A DNA stretch of 64,000 nt from Dehalococcoidia bacterium (GTDB lineage: Bacteria; Chloroflexota; Dehalococcoidia; Bin125): NCBI GenBank assembly GCA_965242485.1, contig CBDESM010000003.1:639337-703336 (forward strand), in the 5' to 3' direction. A program made the position numbers and the translations under genes. Of the stretch, positions 9,032-18,886 are shown piece after piece; the first letter of the stretch is position 1; every line of letters starts with the position of its first letter. Under the pieces are notes generated by a model. That model was given only the letters and a program-made list of their open reading frames with translations. It was not told the DNA's origin and did not search any database.

Positions 9032-10225
9032 TCAGTCGGCGGCGGCTTCGGCCTGCGGCTCGCGCAGGAAGTCCGGCACCTCTTGGCCGGCGTCCTCGAA
9101 AGCTTTGGCGAGGACGTCCGCGCGGCTGAAGGAGACCGCGCCGCCGCCCGAGGCGACCCATTGCTGCGTCCCGCGCACCGAGTCGAGCTGCGACTGGAAG
9201 TGCGGCATCACGTGGCGGGCGAAGAGGTCGTAGGAGCGCATGATGCACTCGCGGTCGGCCCATTCGTGGGCGAGCATCATCAGCCCGCCGAAGCCGTCGG
9301 CGCTGTCCAGCAGGCTCTCGATCACCTCGATCGCGTCGTCGGGCGTGCCGATGATGGCCGCGCCGTTTTGGACCGCGCCTTCGGGCGTCTCGGCCGTGTT
9401 GGGCGCGGCCGCGCCGAGCGTGTCGCGGAAGTAGTCGATCTGCCAGGCGCGGTAGCCGTCGCGGCATTCGTCCATCGCGCGCTGCCGGTCGTCGGAGATG
9501 TACATCGGCATCACCAGCCGCCACTTGTTGCGGTCGACGACCTGCTCCGATTGCTCGGCGAACTGCTCGACTTCGGCCCACTGGCCGGCGAGGTTGCTGC
9601 GCCCGTCGGGCAGGTAGACGCCGATGCTGAGCAGGCCGATTCCGTACTTGCCGGCGATCTGCCTGCCCGCGGGCGAGACGGTGCTGGCGACGGCCATCTC
9701 GAAGTGCGGCTTGGTATAGGGCGAAAGCTGGAGGCGCGCGTCGACCAGCTGGAACCAGTCGGTCTCGCGGTTGACGGGGCCGTCGTAGCGCAGCAGCGCG
9801 GTGATCGCTTCGAGCGATTCGTCCATCCGCCGGCGCTGGGTGAGCGGGTCGATGCCCATCATCGCGGCGTCGGAGGAGAGCGCGCCGGGACCGACGCCGA
9901 GCATCGTCCGCCCGTAGGTCATGTGATCGAGCTGGACCATGCGGTCGGCGACGATCAGCGGGTGGTGGTAGGGCAGGCTGACCACGCCGGTGCCGAGCCG
10001 GATCTGCCGCGTGCGCTCGGCCGCGGCGGCGATGAAGACTTCCGGCGAGGCGATCAGCTCCCAACCGGCGGAGTGGTGCTCGCCGATCCAGGCTTCGTCG
10101 TAGCCGAGCCGGTCGAGGTGCTCGATCAGTTCGAGGTCGCGGTGCAGCGCCAGCGTCGGGTTGTCGCCGACGCGGTGGAACGGCGCCATGAAGATCCCGA
10201 AGTCCATTCGTCCCGGTCCGGCCAT
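9032..10225 (-). CDS. LLM class flavin-dependent monooxygenase (limonene monooxygenase-like)
   Basis: FGIFMAPFH, AWIGEHHSAGWE, LGTGVVSLPYH motifs. Confidence 0.9.
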   Translation of the reverse strand: MAGPGRMDFGIFMAPFHRVGDNPTLALHRDLELIEHLDRLGYDEAWIGEHHSAGWELIASPEVFIAAAAERTRQIRLGTGVVSLPYHHPLIVADRMVQLDHMTYGRTMLGVGPGALSSDAAMMGIDPLTQRRRMDESLEAITALLRYDGPVNRETDWFQLVDARLQLSPYTKPHFEMAVASTVSPAGRQIAGKYGIGLLSIGVYLPDGRSNLAGQWAEVEQFAEQSEQVVDRNKWRLVMPMYISDDRQRAMDECRDGYRAWQIDYFRDTLGAAAPNTAETPEGAVQNGAAIIGTPDDAIEVIESLLDSADGFGGLMMLAHEWADRECIMRSYDLFARHVMPHFQSQLDSVRGTQQWVASGGGAVSFSRADVLAKAFEDAGQEVPDFLREPQAEAAAD

Positions 10226-10297
10226 CTCGCGCCTCCGCTCTTGCCGCGACTCCTATAATCGCGCCCGCTGAGGGTACCCAATCGAGAGGAGCGCCCG

Positions 10298-11632
10298 ATG
10301 AGCCGCTTCAACCCCGCCATCGACTGGCGGTCCGACTACGCCGCCAAGCTCTGCTCGCCCGAGCAGGCGGCCGCGCAGTTCAAGTCGGGAGACCATCTCT
10401 GGATGCCGCCCGGCCACGCCTGCCTGCCGGTGCTGGAGGCGCTCGCCGCCCGCAAGGACGAGCTGGAGGGCGTCGAGGTGCGCGCCGTGATCGTGCCCGA
10501 CGCCGGCTGGTTCACGGAAGAGCACATGAAGGCCTTCCAGCTCGCGCCCCAGTTCGGCAGCCTCTTCGACCGCGACGCGGTCAACTCCGGCATCGCCGAT
10601 TACCACCCCTACTGGCTGGTCGGCGGCCACAAGGCCTGGCAGTCCGGGCGCGGCGAGGACGAGGCCTGGCCCGTCGACGTGCACATGATCCGCGTCTCGC
10701 CGCCCAACGAGCACGGCTACGTCTCGCTCGGCCCGTCGGTCTGGGATGGCGTCACCACGGCCAAGATCGCGCGCAAGGTGATCGCCGAAGTGAACGAGAA
10801 CGTGGTCCAGACCTTCGGCGACTCCTGGCTGCACGTCTCGGAGATCGACCATTTCGTGCCCGCCGATTCCCCGATCGTGGTCAACCTCGAGCACCCGCCG
10901 GCGAACGAGGTCGACAAGGGCATCGCCCACTACGTCTCCGAGCTGGTCAACGACGGCGACACGATCCAAGTCGGGGTCGGCTCGCATACCGGGGCGCTGC
11001 CGCGGCTCGGCGCGTTCGACGGCAAGGAGAATCTCTCGTACTTCGCCGAACTCACCGTGGAAGGCCTCGTACCGCTGGTCGAGCAGGGGGTGATCACCGG
11101 CAAGTACTCGCAGACCCATCCCGACAAATTCGTCGCGACGGTGCTGGGCAACACGCCGGAGGAGCACCAGACCGTCCACCGCAATCCGGCCTTCGAGGCG
11201 TACTCGCTGGAGCACCTGCTGGACCCGTGCGAGATCGCCAAGAACGAGAACATCGTGGCGATCAACGGCGCGCTCACGATCGACCTCAGCGGGCAGATCG
11301 GCGTCCACACCATCGGCCCGCGCGTCTACGCCGGCGTCGGCGGCCACCTCGCCTTCGCGCTCGGCGCGTTCCTCGCGCCCAAGGGCCGCTACGTCGCGGT
11401 GATCCCCTCGACCAGCCGCGACGGGGCGATCTCGACCATCCTGCCGCAGTTCGCCGAGGGCCAGATCGTCACGGTCCCGCGCGACATCGCGGACACGGTC
11501 GTGACGGAGCACGGCATCGCCAAATTGCTCGGCAAGACCGTCCGCCAGCGGGCCGAGGAACTGATCTCGGTCGCGCACCCCGACTTCCGCGGGGAGCTGC
11601 GCAAGGCCGCGCAGAAGCTCTTCTACCCGTAA
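10298..11632 (+). CDS. acetyl-CoA hydrolase/transferase family (4-hydroxybutyrate CoA-transferase-like)
   Basis: DGDTIQVGVG, GVGGH, VVTEHGIA.L.GK…RAEELI.VAHPDFR. Confidence 0.9.
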   Translation: MSRFNPAIDWRSDYAAKLCSPEQAAAQFKSGDHLWMPPGHACLPVLEALAARKDELEGVEVRAVIVPDAGWFTEEHMKAFQLAPQFGSLFDRDAVNSGIADYHPYWLVGGHKAWQSGRGEDEAWPVDVHMIRVSPPNEHGYVSLGPSVWDGVTTAKIARKVIAEVNENVVQTFGDSWLHVSEIDHFVPADSPIVVNLEHPPANEVDKGIAHYVSELVNDGDTIQVGVGSHTGALPRLGAFDGKENLSYFAELTVEGLVPLVEQGVITGKYSQTHPDKFVATVLGNTPEEHQTVHRNPAFEAYSLEHLLDPCEIAKNENIVAINGALTIDLSGQIGVHTIGPRVYAGVGGHLAFALGAFLAPKGRYVAVIPSTSRDGAISTILPQFAEGQIVTVPRDIADTVVTEHGIAKLLGKTVRQRAEELISVAHPDFRGELRKAAQKLFYP

Positions 11633-11642
11633 CCAGCCAGCG

Positions 11643-11966
11643 CTAGTAGTTGCCGGGGCCGGCGTCGAACCACAGCCGCCACCTCACGAGGTCCGTCCTG
11701 TCCGCCGTGCCCCCGGCCGATGAACAATCCCAGTAGCCGGTAAACTCGATCAGCTGCCCGGTCGTATTGCCGTAGTAGTCCGTGATCTCGCGGACGACGT
11801 TCGAGCCCGTCGCGATCTTGTGGCAACCCGCGTGCGGGGTTGTCACAGTCGAGGTCGACGAGGCGCTCTGCCCGCTCGCGACGGCCGTGAGCAGCATGAT
11901 CCCGGCAACGATCGCGACAAGTGCGACAATCGTTCCCGCCGCCCGAGTTCCCACTCGCGTTGTCAT
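11643..11966 (-). CDS. small exported hypothetical protein
   Basis: GAGGG RBS; hydrophobic N-terminus followed by a Ser/Thr-rich segment; two Cys. Confidence 0.55.
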   Translation of the reverse strand: MTTRVGTRAAGTIVALVAIVAGIMLLTAVASGQSASSTSTVTTPHAGCHKIATGSNVVREITDYYGNTTGQLIEFTGYWDCSSAGGTADRTDLVRWRLWFDAGPGNY

Positions 11967-12094
11967 CAGTCCCTCGATCTGAACACGCACATCCGGCATC
12001 GTGAGCAGTCTTGACCGCGCCCCGCTCGAATCTCGTCCGCTCGGGGAGCATCCAGTCTATGTCAACCCCCGTGCTCGGCGCAAGATCGGCGGCG

Positions 12095-13003
12095 CTAGGC
12101 GTGCTGTTCGACGAACTCGCCGATCTTGGCGATCGCCTCCCCGCCTTCGGGCAGCATCGGCGCGAAGGCGTGCCAGACGTGGAACATCTCGTCCCAGACC
12201 TCTTCGGTCACGTCGACGCCGGCCGCGCGTGCGCGCTCGGTGACGCGTCGCGTGTCGTCCAGCAGGACCTCGGCGTCGCCGACTTGGAGCAGCAGCGGGG
12301 GCAGGCCGGCGTAATCGGCGTAGAGGGGCGAAGCCAGCGGGTTCCGCGCGTCGGCGCCGCCCAAGTAGGCGCCGGCCATCTGCTCGATCATCGCGGAGTT
12401 GGTAATCAGCGGATCGGCCTCGGCGCGGGTCTGGATCGTCTCGCCGGTGATCGCGAGGTCGGTCCAGGCGGAGATGCCGATCGCCGCGTCGGGCATGTCG
12501 ACGCCGCGTTCTCGCGCCGCCAGCAGCGTGGCCAAGGTGAGGCCGCCGCCGGCCGAGTCGCCGGCGACGAAGGTCGAGACGGCCGGGGCCGGCCCGTTCG
12601 GGCCGTTCGCCTGCATGAATTGCAGGCCCGCGATCGCGTCGTCGACCGCGGCCGGGAAGGGGTGCTCGGGCGCGAGCCGGTAGTCGAGGTTAAGGATCGA
12701 GCAGCCGCCGGCCGCGGCGATGTCCTCGCAGAGCCGGCGGTGGGTCCTGGTCGAGCCGATCACGTAGCCGCCGCCGTGCACGTAGAGCAGGCGCCGGTCG
12801 GGGTCGGAACCGGAGACGGTGATCCACTCGCCGGGCACGCCGTTGGCGTCGACAGCGGTGATCGTCGCGGCCTCGGTCGGCGGGAAGGAGCGCTCTTCCA
12901 TCCCGGCCCGCATCTCTTCGATGCCGGGCGGCGGCCCGTCGCCTCCGAGCGCCGCGTTCTCGCGGAGCAGCTCCAAGACCTTGTCCAGCTCTGCAGATGC
13001 CAT
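12095..13003 (-). CDS. alpha/beta hydrolase, HSL-family esterase
   Basis: HGGG, GDSAGG nucleophile elbow, terminal HVW. Confidence 0.92.
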   Translation of the reverse strand: MASAELDKVLELLRENAALGGDGPPPGIEEMRAGMEERSFPPTEAATITAVDANGVPGEWITVSGSDPDRRLLYVHGGGYVIGSTRTHRRLCEDIAAAGGCSILNLDYRLAPEHPFPAAVDDAIAGLQFMQANGPNGPAPAVSTFVAGDSAGGGLTLATLLAARERGVDMPDAAIGISAWTDLAITGETIQTRAEADPLITNSAMIEQMAGAYLGGADARNPLASPLYADYAGLPPLLLQVGDAEVLLDDTRRVTERARAAGVDVTEEVWDEMFHVWHAFAPMLPEGGEAIAKIGEFVEQHA

Positions 13004-13174
13004 GTTGATCTCCGTCCCGTGCCGTTCGGCGGTTCACGCAGAGTAACGGCCGATACATTGTGCGGGCAGATGGCGGTTCCGGTGCCGCAGGTTCACGCGA
13101 TGGGGAGTACGATTGGCCCCGACGGCGCGCCCGCGATCCGCTACAGTGGGCAGCGCCGACGAGAGGTTGAGGCA

Positions 13175-13324
13175 ATGCCCGCCAAGAACATCCGCACCGC
13201 GCCCGTCAAGAGCACCCGGCCCGCCGGCGGCCGCTCCGCGCGCGAGCAGGACGACGCGCGCCGCCTCGCCGAGCGGGTGGTGAACCGGCGCATCGGCGCG
13301 CTCCGCGAGCTCGCCAAGCACTAG
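13175..13324 (+). CDS. small putative antitoxin upstream of Doc
   Basis: 49 aa with GAGG RBS, ending RRIGALRELAKH; directly upstream of the Fic/Doc gene. Confidence 0.6.
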   Translation: MPAKNIRTAPVKSTRPAGGRSAREQDDARRLAERVVNRRIGALRELAKH

Positions 13325-13353
13325 AGCGCGGCGGCCGCGGGCCGGGCCCGACC

Positions 13354-13893
13354 ATGGCGAACCTCCAATACCTCTCCGACCGCGAGGTCCAAGCACTGAT
13401 CGGCGTGATGGGCGATGTCTTCGAGGGCGCGCCCGCGTTCATGCTCCAAGGCAGCGCCGGCGCGGGCCGTCTCTCGAGCGCGTTGGCGCAGCCGCGCTGG
13501 CCGCACCACCGGACGCTCCAGCAGAAGGCGGCCGTGCTGCACTACCACCTCAACCGGGATCACCCGTTCATCGACGGCAACAAGCGCTTTGCCGTGGCCG
13601 CGATGGAGATGTTCGTCGAGCGCAACCGCGCGAGGATCTTCGCCACCGATGAGGAGCTCATCGACTTCAGCCTCCGAGTCGCGAGCGGCGAGATGAGCCG
13701 TGATGAATGCGCGTTCTACCTGCAACGCCGAATCCTGCGCCATGACTGGACGGGCGAGCAGATGGATCGCTGGTTCGAACGTCTGCCCGCGGCGGACTTG
13801 AACGCCATCGTCACCGCCGGAGAGTGGTTCTCGGAGCAAGATGACGCGCTGCCAGATCGCATCCACCGCGCCCTGACCGGCGCTGCGGCCTAG
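13354..13893 (+). CDS. Fic/Doc (death-on-curing) family toxin
   Basis: HPFIDGNKR motif; L.SAL..P and KAA motifs. Confidence 0.88.
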   Translation: MANLQYLSDREVQALIGVMGDVFEGAPAFMLQGSAGAGRLSSALAQPRWPHHRTLQQKAAVLHYHLNRDHPFIDGNKRFAVAAMEMFVERNRARIFATDEELIDFSLRVASGEMSRDECAFYLQRRILRHDWTGEQMDRWFERLPAADLNAIVTAGEWFSEQDDALPDRIHRALTGAAA

Positions 13894-14123
13894 ATGTCGA
13901 GCAGGCCGACGGTGCGGAGCAGCAGAATCGTCGCGGCGGCGAGGACGCCGACTACGGTCAGCGCCATCAGCAGGGGGTAGCTGGCTTCGGCTTGCTCGTC
14001 GCCGCGGTGCTCGCTGCCGCGGCCGATCCGCATCACGTCGCCTTGGCGGAACCAGAGGTAGGCGCCGGTCAGTGCGGCCGCGTAGCCCATCACGATCACG
14101 AGGATCTCGGTCCACTGCTCCAT
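13890..14123 (-). CDS. small two-TM membrane protein
   Basis: 77 aa with two hydrophobic stretches. Confidence 0.6.
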   Translation of the reverse strand: MEQWTEILVIVMGYAAALTGAYLWFRQGDVMRIGRGSEHRGDEQAEASYPLLMALTVVGVLAAATILLLRTVGLLDI

Positions 14124-14203
14124 TCCGCCACGCTATCAGCCCGCCGGGGCGCGCCTGCTTAGACTTGCGGCCAAGCGCTGCAGCATCTGGGAAAGGCCGC
14201 GCC

Positions 14204-14872
14204 ATGCCGCTCATGCTCGAAGTCCGCCACCGGGTCAAGCCGCTGACCAACTCCGCCTTCGATGCCTTCGTCGATTTCTACGCGGACGAGGTCTTCCCGC
14301 GCATGGCGGAGCACGGCATCGATCTCTTCGGCGCTTGGAAGGTCGGCGGCGGAGAGATGGGCTGGGATCTCTCGCTGCACCGCTACGAGTCGATGGCCGA
14401 CGCCGAGCAGCGGCTCGCTTCCCTGCGCAGGGACGGCGACCTCGCCAAGGCCATCGAGCGCCTGCGCGGCGAGGTCGAGATCGAGGAAAAGACCAAGTTC
14501 GCCCACGCCGTTTCCTACGCGACCGCCGAGCGGCTCGAAGCCGCGCTGGCCGAGCCGGACGAAGAGCGGCAGTACATGCTCGCCGTGCTGCAGACCGCCG
14601 CCGGCGGCGCGCTCCCGGCCATCGACGGCATCGCCGAGCTGGTCGAACAAGTCGAATCAGCCGGCGTCCTCCAGCTGGTGACCGCGTACGCGACGGCGAT
14701 CGGCAACACGGGCGAGATCACGGACCTCTGGATTCTCCCGCACGGCGCGCGTGGCATGCTCCGCTACCGGGCGGGCGCGGGGCTCGACCCCATCGTCGCG
14801 CCGCTGCGCCGGCATGCACCGGAGGAATCGGTGCTCTTCCTCAATCCGCTGCCCTATTCGAAGCTGAAGTAG
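14204..14872 (+). CDS. NIPSNAP-like (dimeric alpha-beta barrel) protein
   Basis: two repeats with G.W…GG…Y.S.A pattern; C-terminal LNPLPYSKL. Confidence 0.65.
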   Translation: MPLMLEVRHRVKPLTNSAFDAFVDFYADEVFPRMAEHGIDLFGAWKVGGGEMGWDLSLHRYESMADAEQRLASLRRDGDLAKAIERLRGEVEIEEKTKFAHAVSYATAERLEAALAEPDEERQYMLAVLQTAAGGALPAIDGIAELVEQVESAGVLQLVTAYATAIGNTGEITDLWILPHGARGMLRYRAGAGLDPIVAPLRRHAPEESVLFLNPLPYSKLK

Positions 14873-14887
14873 CGATCGGGCCGACGT

Positions 14888-16207
14888 TCAGATCACCATC
14901 CGGCGCACGATCTCGTAGGTCAGCTCGACGCCCATGTTGAGGTTCTCGACGGTGAGGAACTCGTCGTTGCCGTGGAAGCCGGCGGCCTCTTCGGGGCTGA
15001 GCAGGACGGGGATGAAGCCGTAGGCGGGGATGCCCTGCTGGCGCAGGAAGCGGTTGTCGGTGCCGCCGACGCAGGTGGTCGGCACCACCGTCGCGTCCTC
15101 GACCGCATCGGCGACGACGGACTCGATGGTGCGGTAGAGCTCGGTGTCCCAGTCGACCGCGACCGGTTCGTCCTGCCCCCAATCGGAGAACTCGACCGTG
15201 ATCCGGTCGTCGTCGATCACGCTGATCACCTGTTGGCGCCAGTCTTCGCGGTCCTGGCCGGGGATCAGGCGGCAGTCGATCGTCGCCTCGCTCTTGGCGG
15301 GGATCACGTTGGCCTTGATGCCCGAGTTGATCATCGTCACATTGAGCGTGTTGATGAACATCGCGTGCGTGCCGGGGTGATCCTTGACCAGCTCTTCGAG
15401 CTGCGCACCGTCGGCGATCTGCGGGATGTGGCCCTCCGCGGCGAGCCGGTCGAGCCAGACGCGCGTTTCGGGCGTGATCGTGACCGGGCGCTCCCAGGCG
15501 GCGAGCTTGGAGAGCGCGTTGACGAGATGCACGGCCGAGTTGTCGTAGTGCGGGCGGCTGCCGTGGCCGGGCGTGCCGATCGAGGTCAGCCGCAGCCAGC
15601 AGATGTCCTTCTCATTGGTGGCGACGCCGAAGATCGAGGCCTCCTTGCCCATCAGCTGAGTCGAACCGGAGCCGCCCTCGGAGAGTTCGAATTCGACATC
15701 GACCAAGTCGGGCCGGTTCTCGCAGAGCCACTGCATGCCCCAGACCGAGCCCGCTTCCTCGTCAGGCACGCCCGCGAAGACGAGGTCGCGCTTGAGCGAA
15801 ATCTCGCCCGCGTCGATCTGCCGCTTGAGCAGCAGCATCGTCATCAGGTGCATGATCCCGCAGCCCTTCATGTCGACTGCCCCGCGCCCGTATACGCGCC
15901 CGTCCTCGATCAGCCCCTCGAATGCCGGCTTGGTCCAGTAAGCCTCCTCGACCGGCACCACGTCCGTGTGGTTGCACAGCATCATCGCCCGCTTGGAGCC
16001 GTCCCCCCGCAGCCAGCCGAAGACGGCCTCCCGCTCGGGCTGAATCCCCACGTACTCGACCTCGATCCCAGCCCGCTCCAGAATCCCGCCCAACCAACGG
16101 GCAGCCGGAGCCTCGTTCCCCGGCGGATTGGACGTGTCAATCCGCAGATAAGAGACGAAGTGCTCCAACGCCTCAGCCCCCGCCGAGCCCCAGTCAATCT
16201 GCGCCAT
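14888..16207 (-). CDS. M20/M25/M40 family metallo-hydrolase
   Basis: DTSNPPGNE, HTDVVP, GRGAVDMKG, DEEAG, HG.DE motifs. Confidence 0.92.
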   Translation of the reverse strand: MAQIDWGSAGAEALEHFVSYLRIDTSNPPGNEAPAARWLGGILERAGIEVEYVGIQPEREAVFGWLRGDGSKRAMMLCNHTDVVPVEEAYWTKPAFEGLIEDGRVYGRGAVDMKGCGIMHLMTMLLLKRQIDAGEISLKRDLVFAGVPDEEAGSVWGMQWLCENRPDLVDVEFELSEGGSGSTQLMGKEASIFGVATNEKDICWLRLTSIGTPGHGSRPHYDNSAVHLVNALSKLAAWERPVTITPETRVWLDRLAAEGHIPQIADGAQLEELVKDHPGTHAMFINTLNVTMINSGIKANVIPAKSEATIDCRLIPGQDREDWRQQVISVIDDDRITVEFSDWGQDEPVAVDWDTELYRTIESVVADAVEDATVVPTTCVGGTDNRFLRQQGIPAYGFIPVLLSPEEAAGFHGNDEFLTVENLNMGVELTYEIVRRMVI

Positions 16208-16270
16208 GTCCAGCCTCCTTGTCCACGTGCTCACCCATCCTACGATCCCCACGCGCTATCATCTGGCAGC

Positions 16271-18886
16271 ATGCCCAACGACGATGTCCTCCACGATTTC
16301 CATCCGCTCGTCGCCGAGTGGTTCCGTAGCCGCTTTCCTAAAGGCCCGACTGATGCGCAGCAAGATGCGTGGCCCCACATCCGAGCTGGTCGCGACACAC
16401 TCGTAGCGGCACCGACGGGCAGCGGGAAAACGCTGACGGCCTTTCTAGCAGGGATTGATGTTTTGGTGCGCGAAGCCGAACGTGGCGATCTGAAACAGGA
16501 ATTGCGTATCTTATATATCTCGCCATTAAAAGCTTTAGCCAACGACATCCAACGTAATCTTGATGACCCTTTGTCCGAATTGGTGGTGCTCGCTCGTAAA
16601 CGAGGTGATCTAGTACCGGAGATCATCACTGCTGTTCGCACAGGAGATACAGAACAAGAAGATCGTGAGGAAATGCGATTAACGCCAGCGCATATCTTGA
16701 ATACGACACCCGAATCGCTGTCAGTGATGCTCACAGATCACCGAGATCGCGACCTTCTTCGCACCATTGATACGGTGATCGTTGATGAGATTCATGCCCT
16801 CGCGCGATCTAAGCGAGGCTCGCTCTTATCGCTCGCGCTGGCACGCCTAGACGCTGTGGCCCATAGTCGGCCACAGCGGATCGGGCTCTCCGCTACACAG
16901 AAGCCCATGGATGAGATCGGTGGCTTTCTATCGGGTGTTGGACCCGATGGACAACTCGTCCCTACGGTCCTTGTGGATCGCGGTCACGTTCGCAAGCGCG
17001 ACCTTGCTATTGAAATAAAAAGACGGCGTGCAAATTCGTTGATTCGGCAACATCGGCAGACTTTGGAGTTCGTGAATCAACGAAGTGGTGCCGAAGGTCG
17101 GGCAGCCGAGCTCAGTGACGCCATAGGAGAAGATAAAGTCGGTGTTCACCACGGTAGTCTAAGCAAAGAGCAGCGGGTGCCTGTTGAGAAACAGTTGCAG
17201 GGTGGCAATCTCAGGGTTGTCGCTGCGACGGCATCACTTGAGCTTGGGATCGATATCGGAGATATCGATCTCGTGATCCAACATAGATCGCCCGGTAACA
17301 TTGCCACTTTCCTTCAACGGGTTGGGCGGGCAGGCCATAGTCTCGGAAGCATCCCGAAGTGTCGACTTTTCCCGGGTGGACCTCGTCCGAATGATGACCT
17401 GATTGAATGTGCAGCGATCATGCTCGGCGTCAATGAGGAAGCACTTGAGTCGTTGACCCAGCCAGTAGCCCCACTTGATGTTCTTGCACAACAGATTGCC
17501 GCCGAAGTGTTGGCTCGACCCGCGACGCCCGATGAATTTTATCAGATCTTCCGACGAGCATATCCATATCGTGATCTCACCCGTGATGATTTCAATCGAG
17601 TGGTGCGTTATGCGCTATCCGGATTGGAATCGGATCAAGCATTTCCATTCGGGCGCACGCTGGAGCATGATAGACGATCTGGACTATTATATCCAAGTCC
17701 AATGGCAAAGAAAAGTGCGAAGCGCAACGTCGGGACGATTCCAGATGATGGCGAGTACGCAGTTATTGAAGGGGGGCACAGCTACGGAATGCGCCCTTCG
17801 CAGCCGGTAGGCGATCTTGATCCTGATTATGTGGGCATGCTCACTGCCATGGCGTCACAAGGAAATGGCCAGTTTCGGATGGCGAATAAGACATGGGAAC
17901 TTGAGCGAGTCGATCATGATGCACTCATCGTATGGGTTCGTCGCGTCTCAATCGAAGCCAAAATACCATGGTGGATGACTGAAGGTGGTGGGCGTAGCCG
18001 CATTGTGTCGCAAAATGTCAGCCGCCTTCGCCGACGTATCGTCGTGAAAGATTTAGGTTTCACTGCACTAACGGTATGGCTGGAGGAGCATTGCAACATC
18101 AAGGCTGTTGCGGCCCGTCACATGATCCAGTATGTAACGGCAAGCAATGATGCCTTGGGCATCGTGCCTTCAGATCGCAATATCGTAATTGAAAGAATCA
18201 CCGATTCACTGAAAGGTTCGGTTTCAGATGATCCCGACTCATTTGAATTTGAATCCAGAGATACGGTAGTATTTCATGCCCCTTTCGGTTCGCGCATCAC
18301 TCGAGCCTGGTCACTTGCAATCGCACAGCGTCTTCGCAAACTGACACCGGAAACGAGTGGCACTTTGTTCACGCAAGAAGGGTTCGCGTTCGCAAATCTC
18401 CCCGCAGGCGATGAGGTGCCGGTTAAGGCGTTTCGGGATCTAACGCCTTCAACTGTTGAATCTACGGTTTCGCAGGCAGTCGTCAACTCAGTGCTCTTCC
18501 ACCGTCGTTGGCGTTGGAGTGCCACGATCGCACAGGCGGTGCATCGGATTGGAGATTACGGGAAGATACCCGTGAGCCGACAACGGGCAACTGCCGAAGA
18601 GCTTCTTGACCTCCTTTATCCCGCCACGCGCCTCAACCGCGAGGTTCGTGCCTTTGATGAATGTCCGGACCACCCAATCCTCAACCAAGCGATCCACGAC
18701 TGCCTCTTTGACTCGCTTGACCTGCACGGCCTCCGTGCGGTCCTGCGACACATCGAAGAAGGACGCATCCGCGTCCACTATGTGGAGACCGAGAAACCGT
18801 CACCGATGGCGGAGAGCATGCTTGGAATGGCCAACGACGAGGATGAAGACCAAGAAGAGCAATCCGCTAATCTCCCGAACATATGA
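16271..18886 (+). CDS. divergent Lhr-like DEAH-box helicase (core only, ~871 aa)
   Basis: APTGSGKT, DEIH, SAT, SLELGIDIG, QRVGRAGH; lower GC than neighbours; start taken at ATG 16271 rather than 14972. Confidence 0.85.
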   Translation: MPNDDVLHDFHPLVAEWFRSRFPKGPTDAQQDAWPHIRAGRDTLVAAPTGSGKTLTAFLAGIDVLVREAERGDLKQELRILYISPLKALANDIQRNLDDPLSELVVLARKRGDLVPEIITAVRTGDTEQEDREEMRLTPAHILNTTPESLSVMLTDHRDRDLLRTIDTVIVDEIHALARSKRGSLLSLALARLDAVAHSRPQRIGLSATQKPMDEIGGFLSGVGPDGQLVPTVLVDRGHVRKRDLAIEIKRRRANSLIRQHRQTLEFVNQRSGAEGRAAELSDAIGEDKVGVHHGSLSKEQRVPVEKQLQGGNLRVVAATASLELGIDIGDIDLVIQHRSPGNIATFLQRVGRAGHSLGSIPKCRLFPGGPRPNDDLIECAAIMLGVNEEALESLTQPVAPLDVLAQQIAAEVLARPATPDEFYQIFRRAYPYRDLTRDDFNRVVRYALSGLESDQAFPFGRTLEHDRRSGLLYPSPMAKKSAKRNVGTIPDDGEYAVIEGGHSYGMRPSQPVGDLDPDYVGMLTAMASQGNGQFRMANKTWELERVDHDALIVWVRRVSIEAKIPWWMTEGGGRSRIVSQNVSRLRRRIVVKDLGFTALTVWLEEHCNIKAVAARHMIQYVTASNDALGIVPSDRNIVIERITDSLKGSVSDDPDSFEFESRDTVVFHAPFGSRITRAWSLAIAQRLRKLTPETSGTLFTQEGFAFANLPAGDEVPVKAFRDLTPSTVESTVSQAVVNSVLFHRRWRWSATIAQAVHRIGDYGKIPVSRQRATAEELLDLLYPATRLNREVRAFDECPDHPILNQAIHDCLFDSLDLHGLRAVLRHIEEGRIRVHYVETEKPSPMAESMLGMANDEDEDQEEQSANLPNI

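Noticed and set aside
14972-16270. N-terminal 433 aa of the 1304-aa ORF
   Set aside because: Antisense shadow of the M20 peptidase; Lhr homology starts at ATG 16271.
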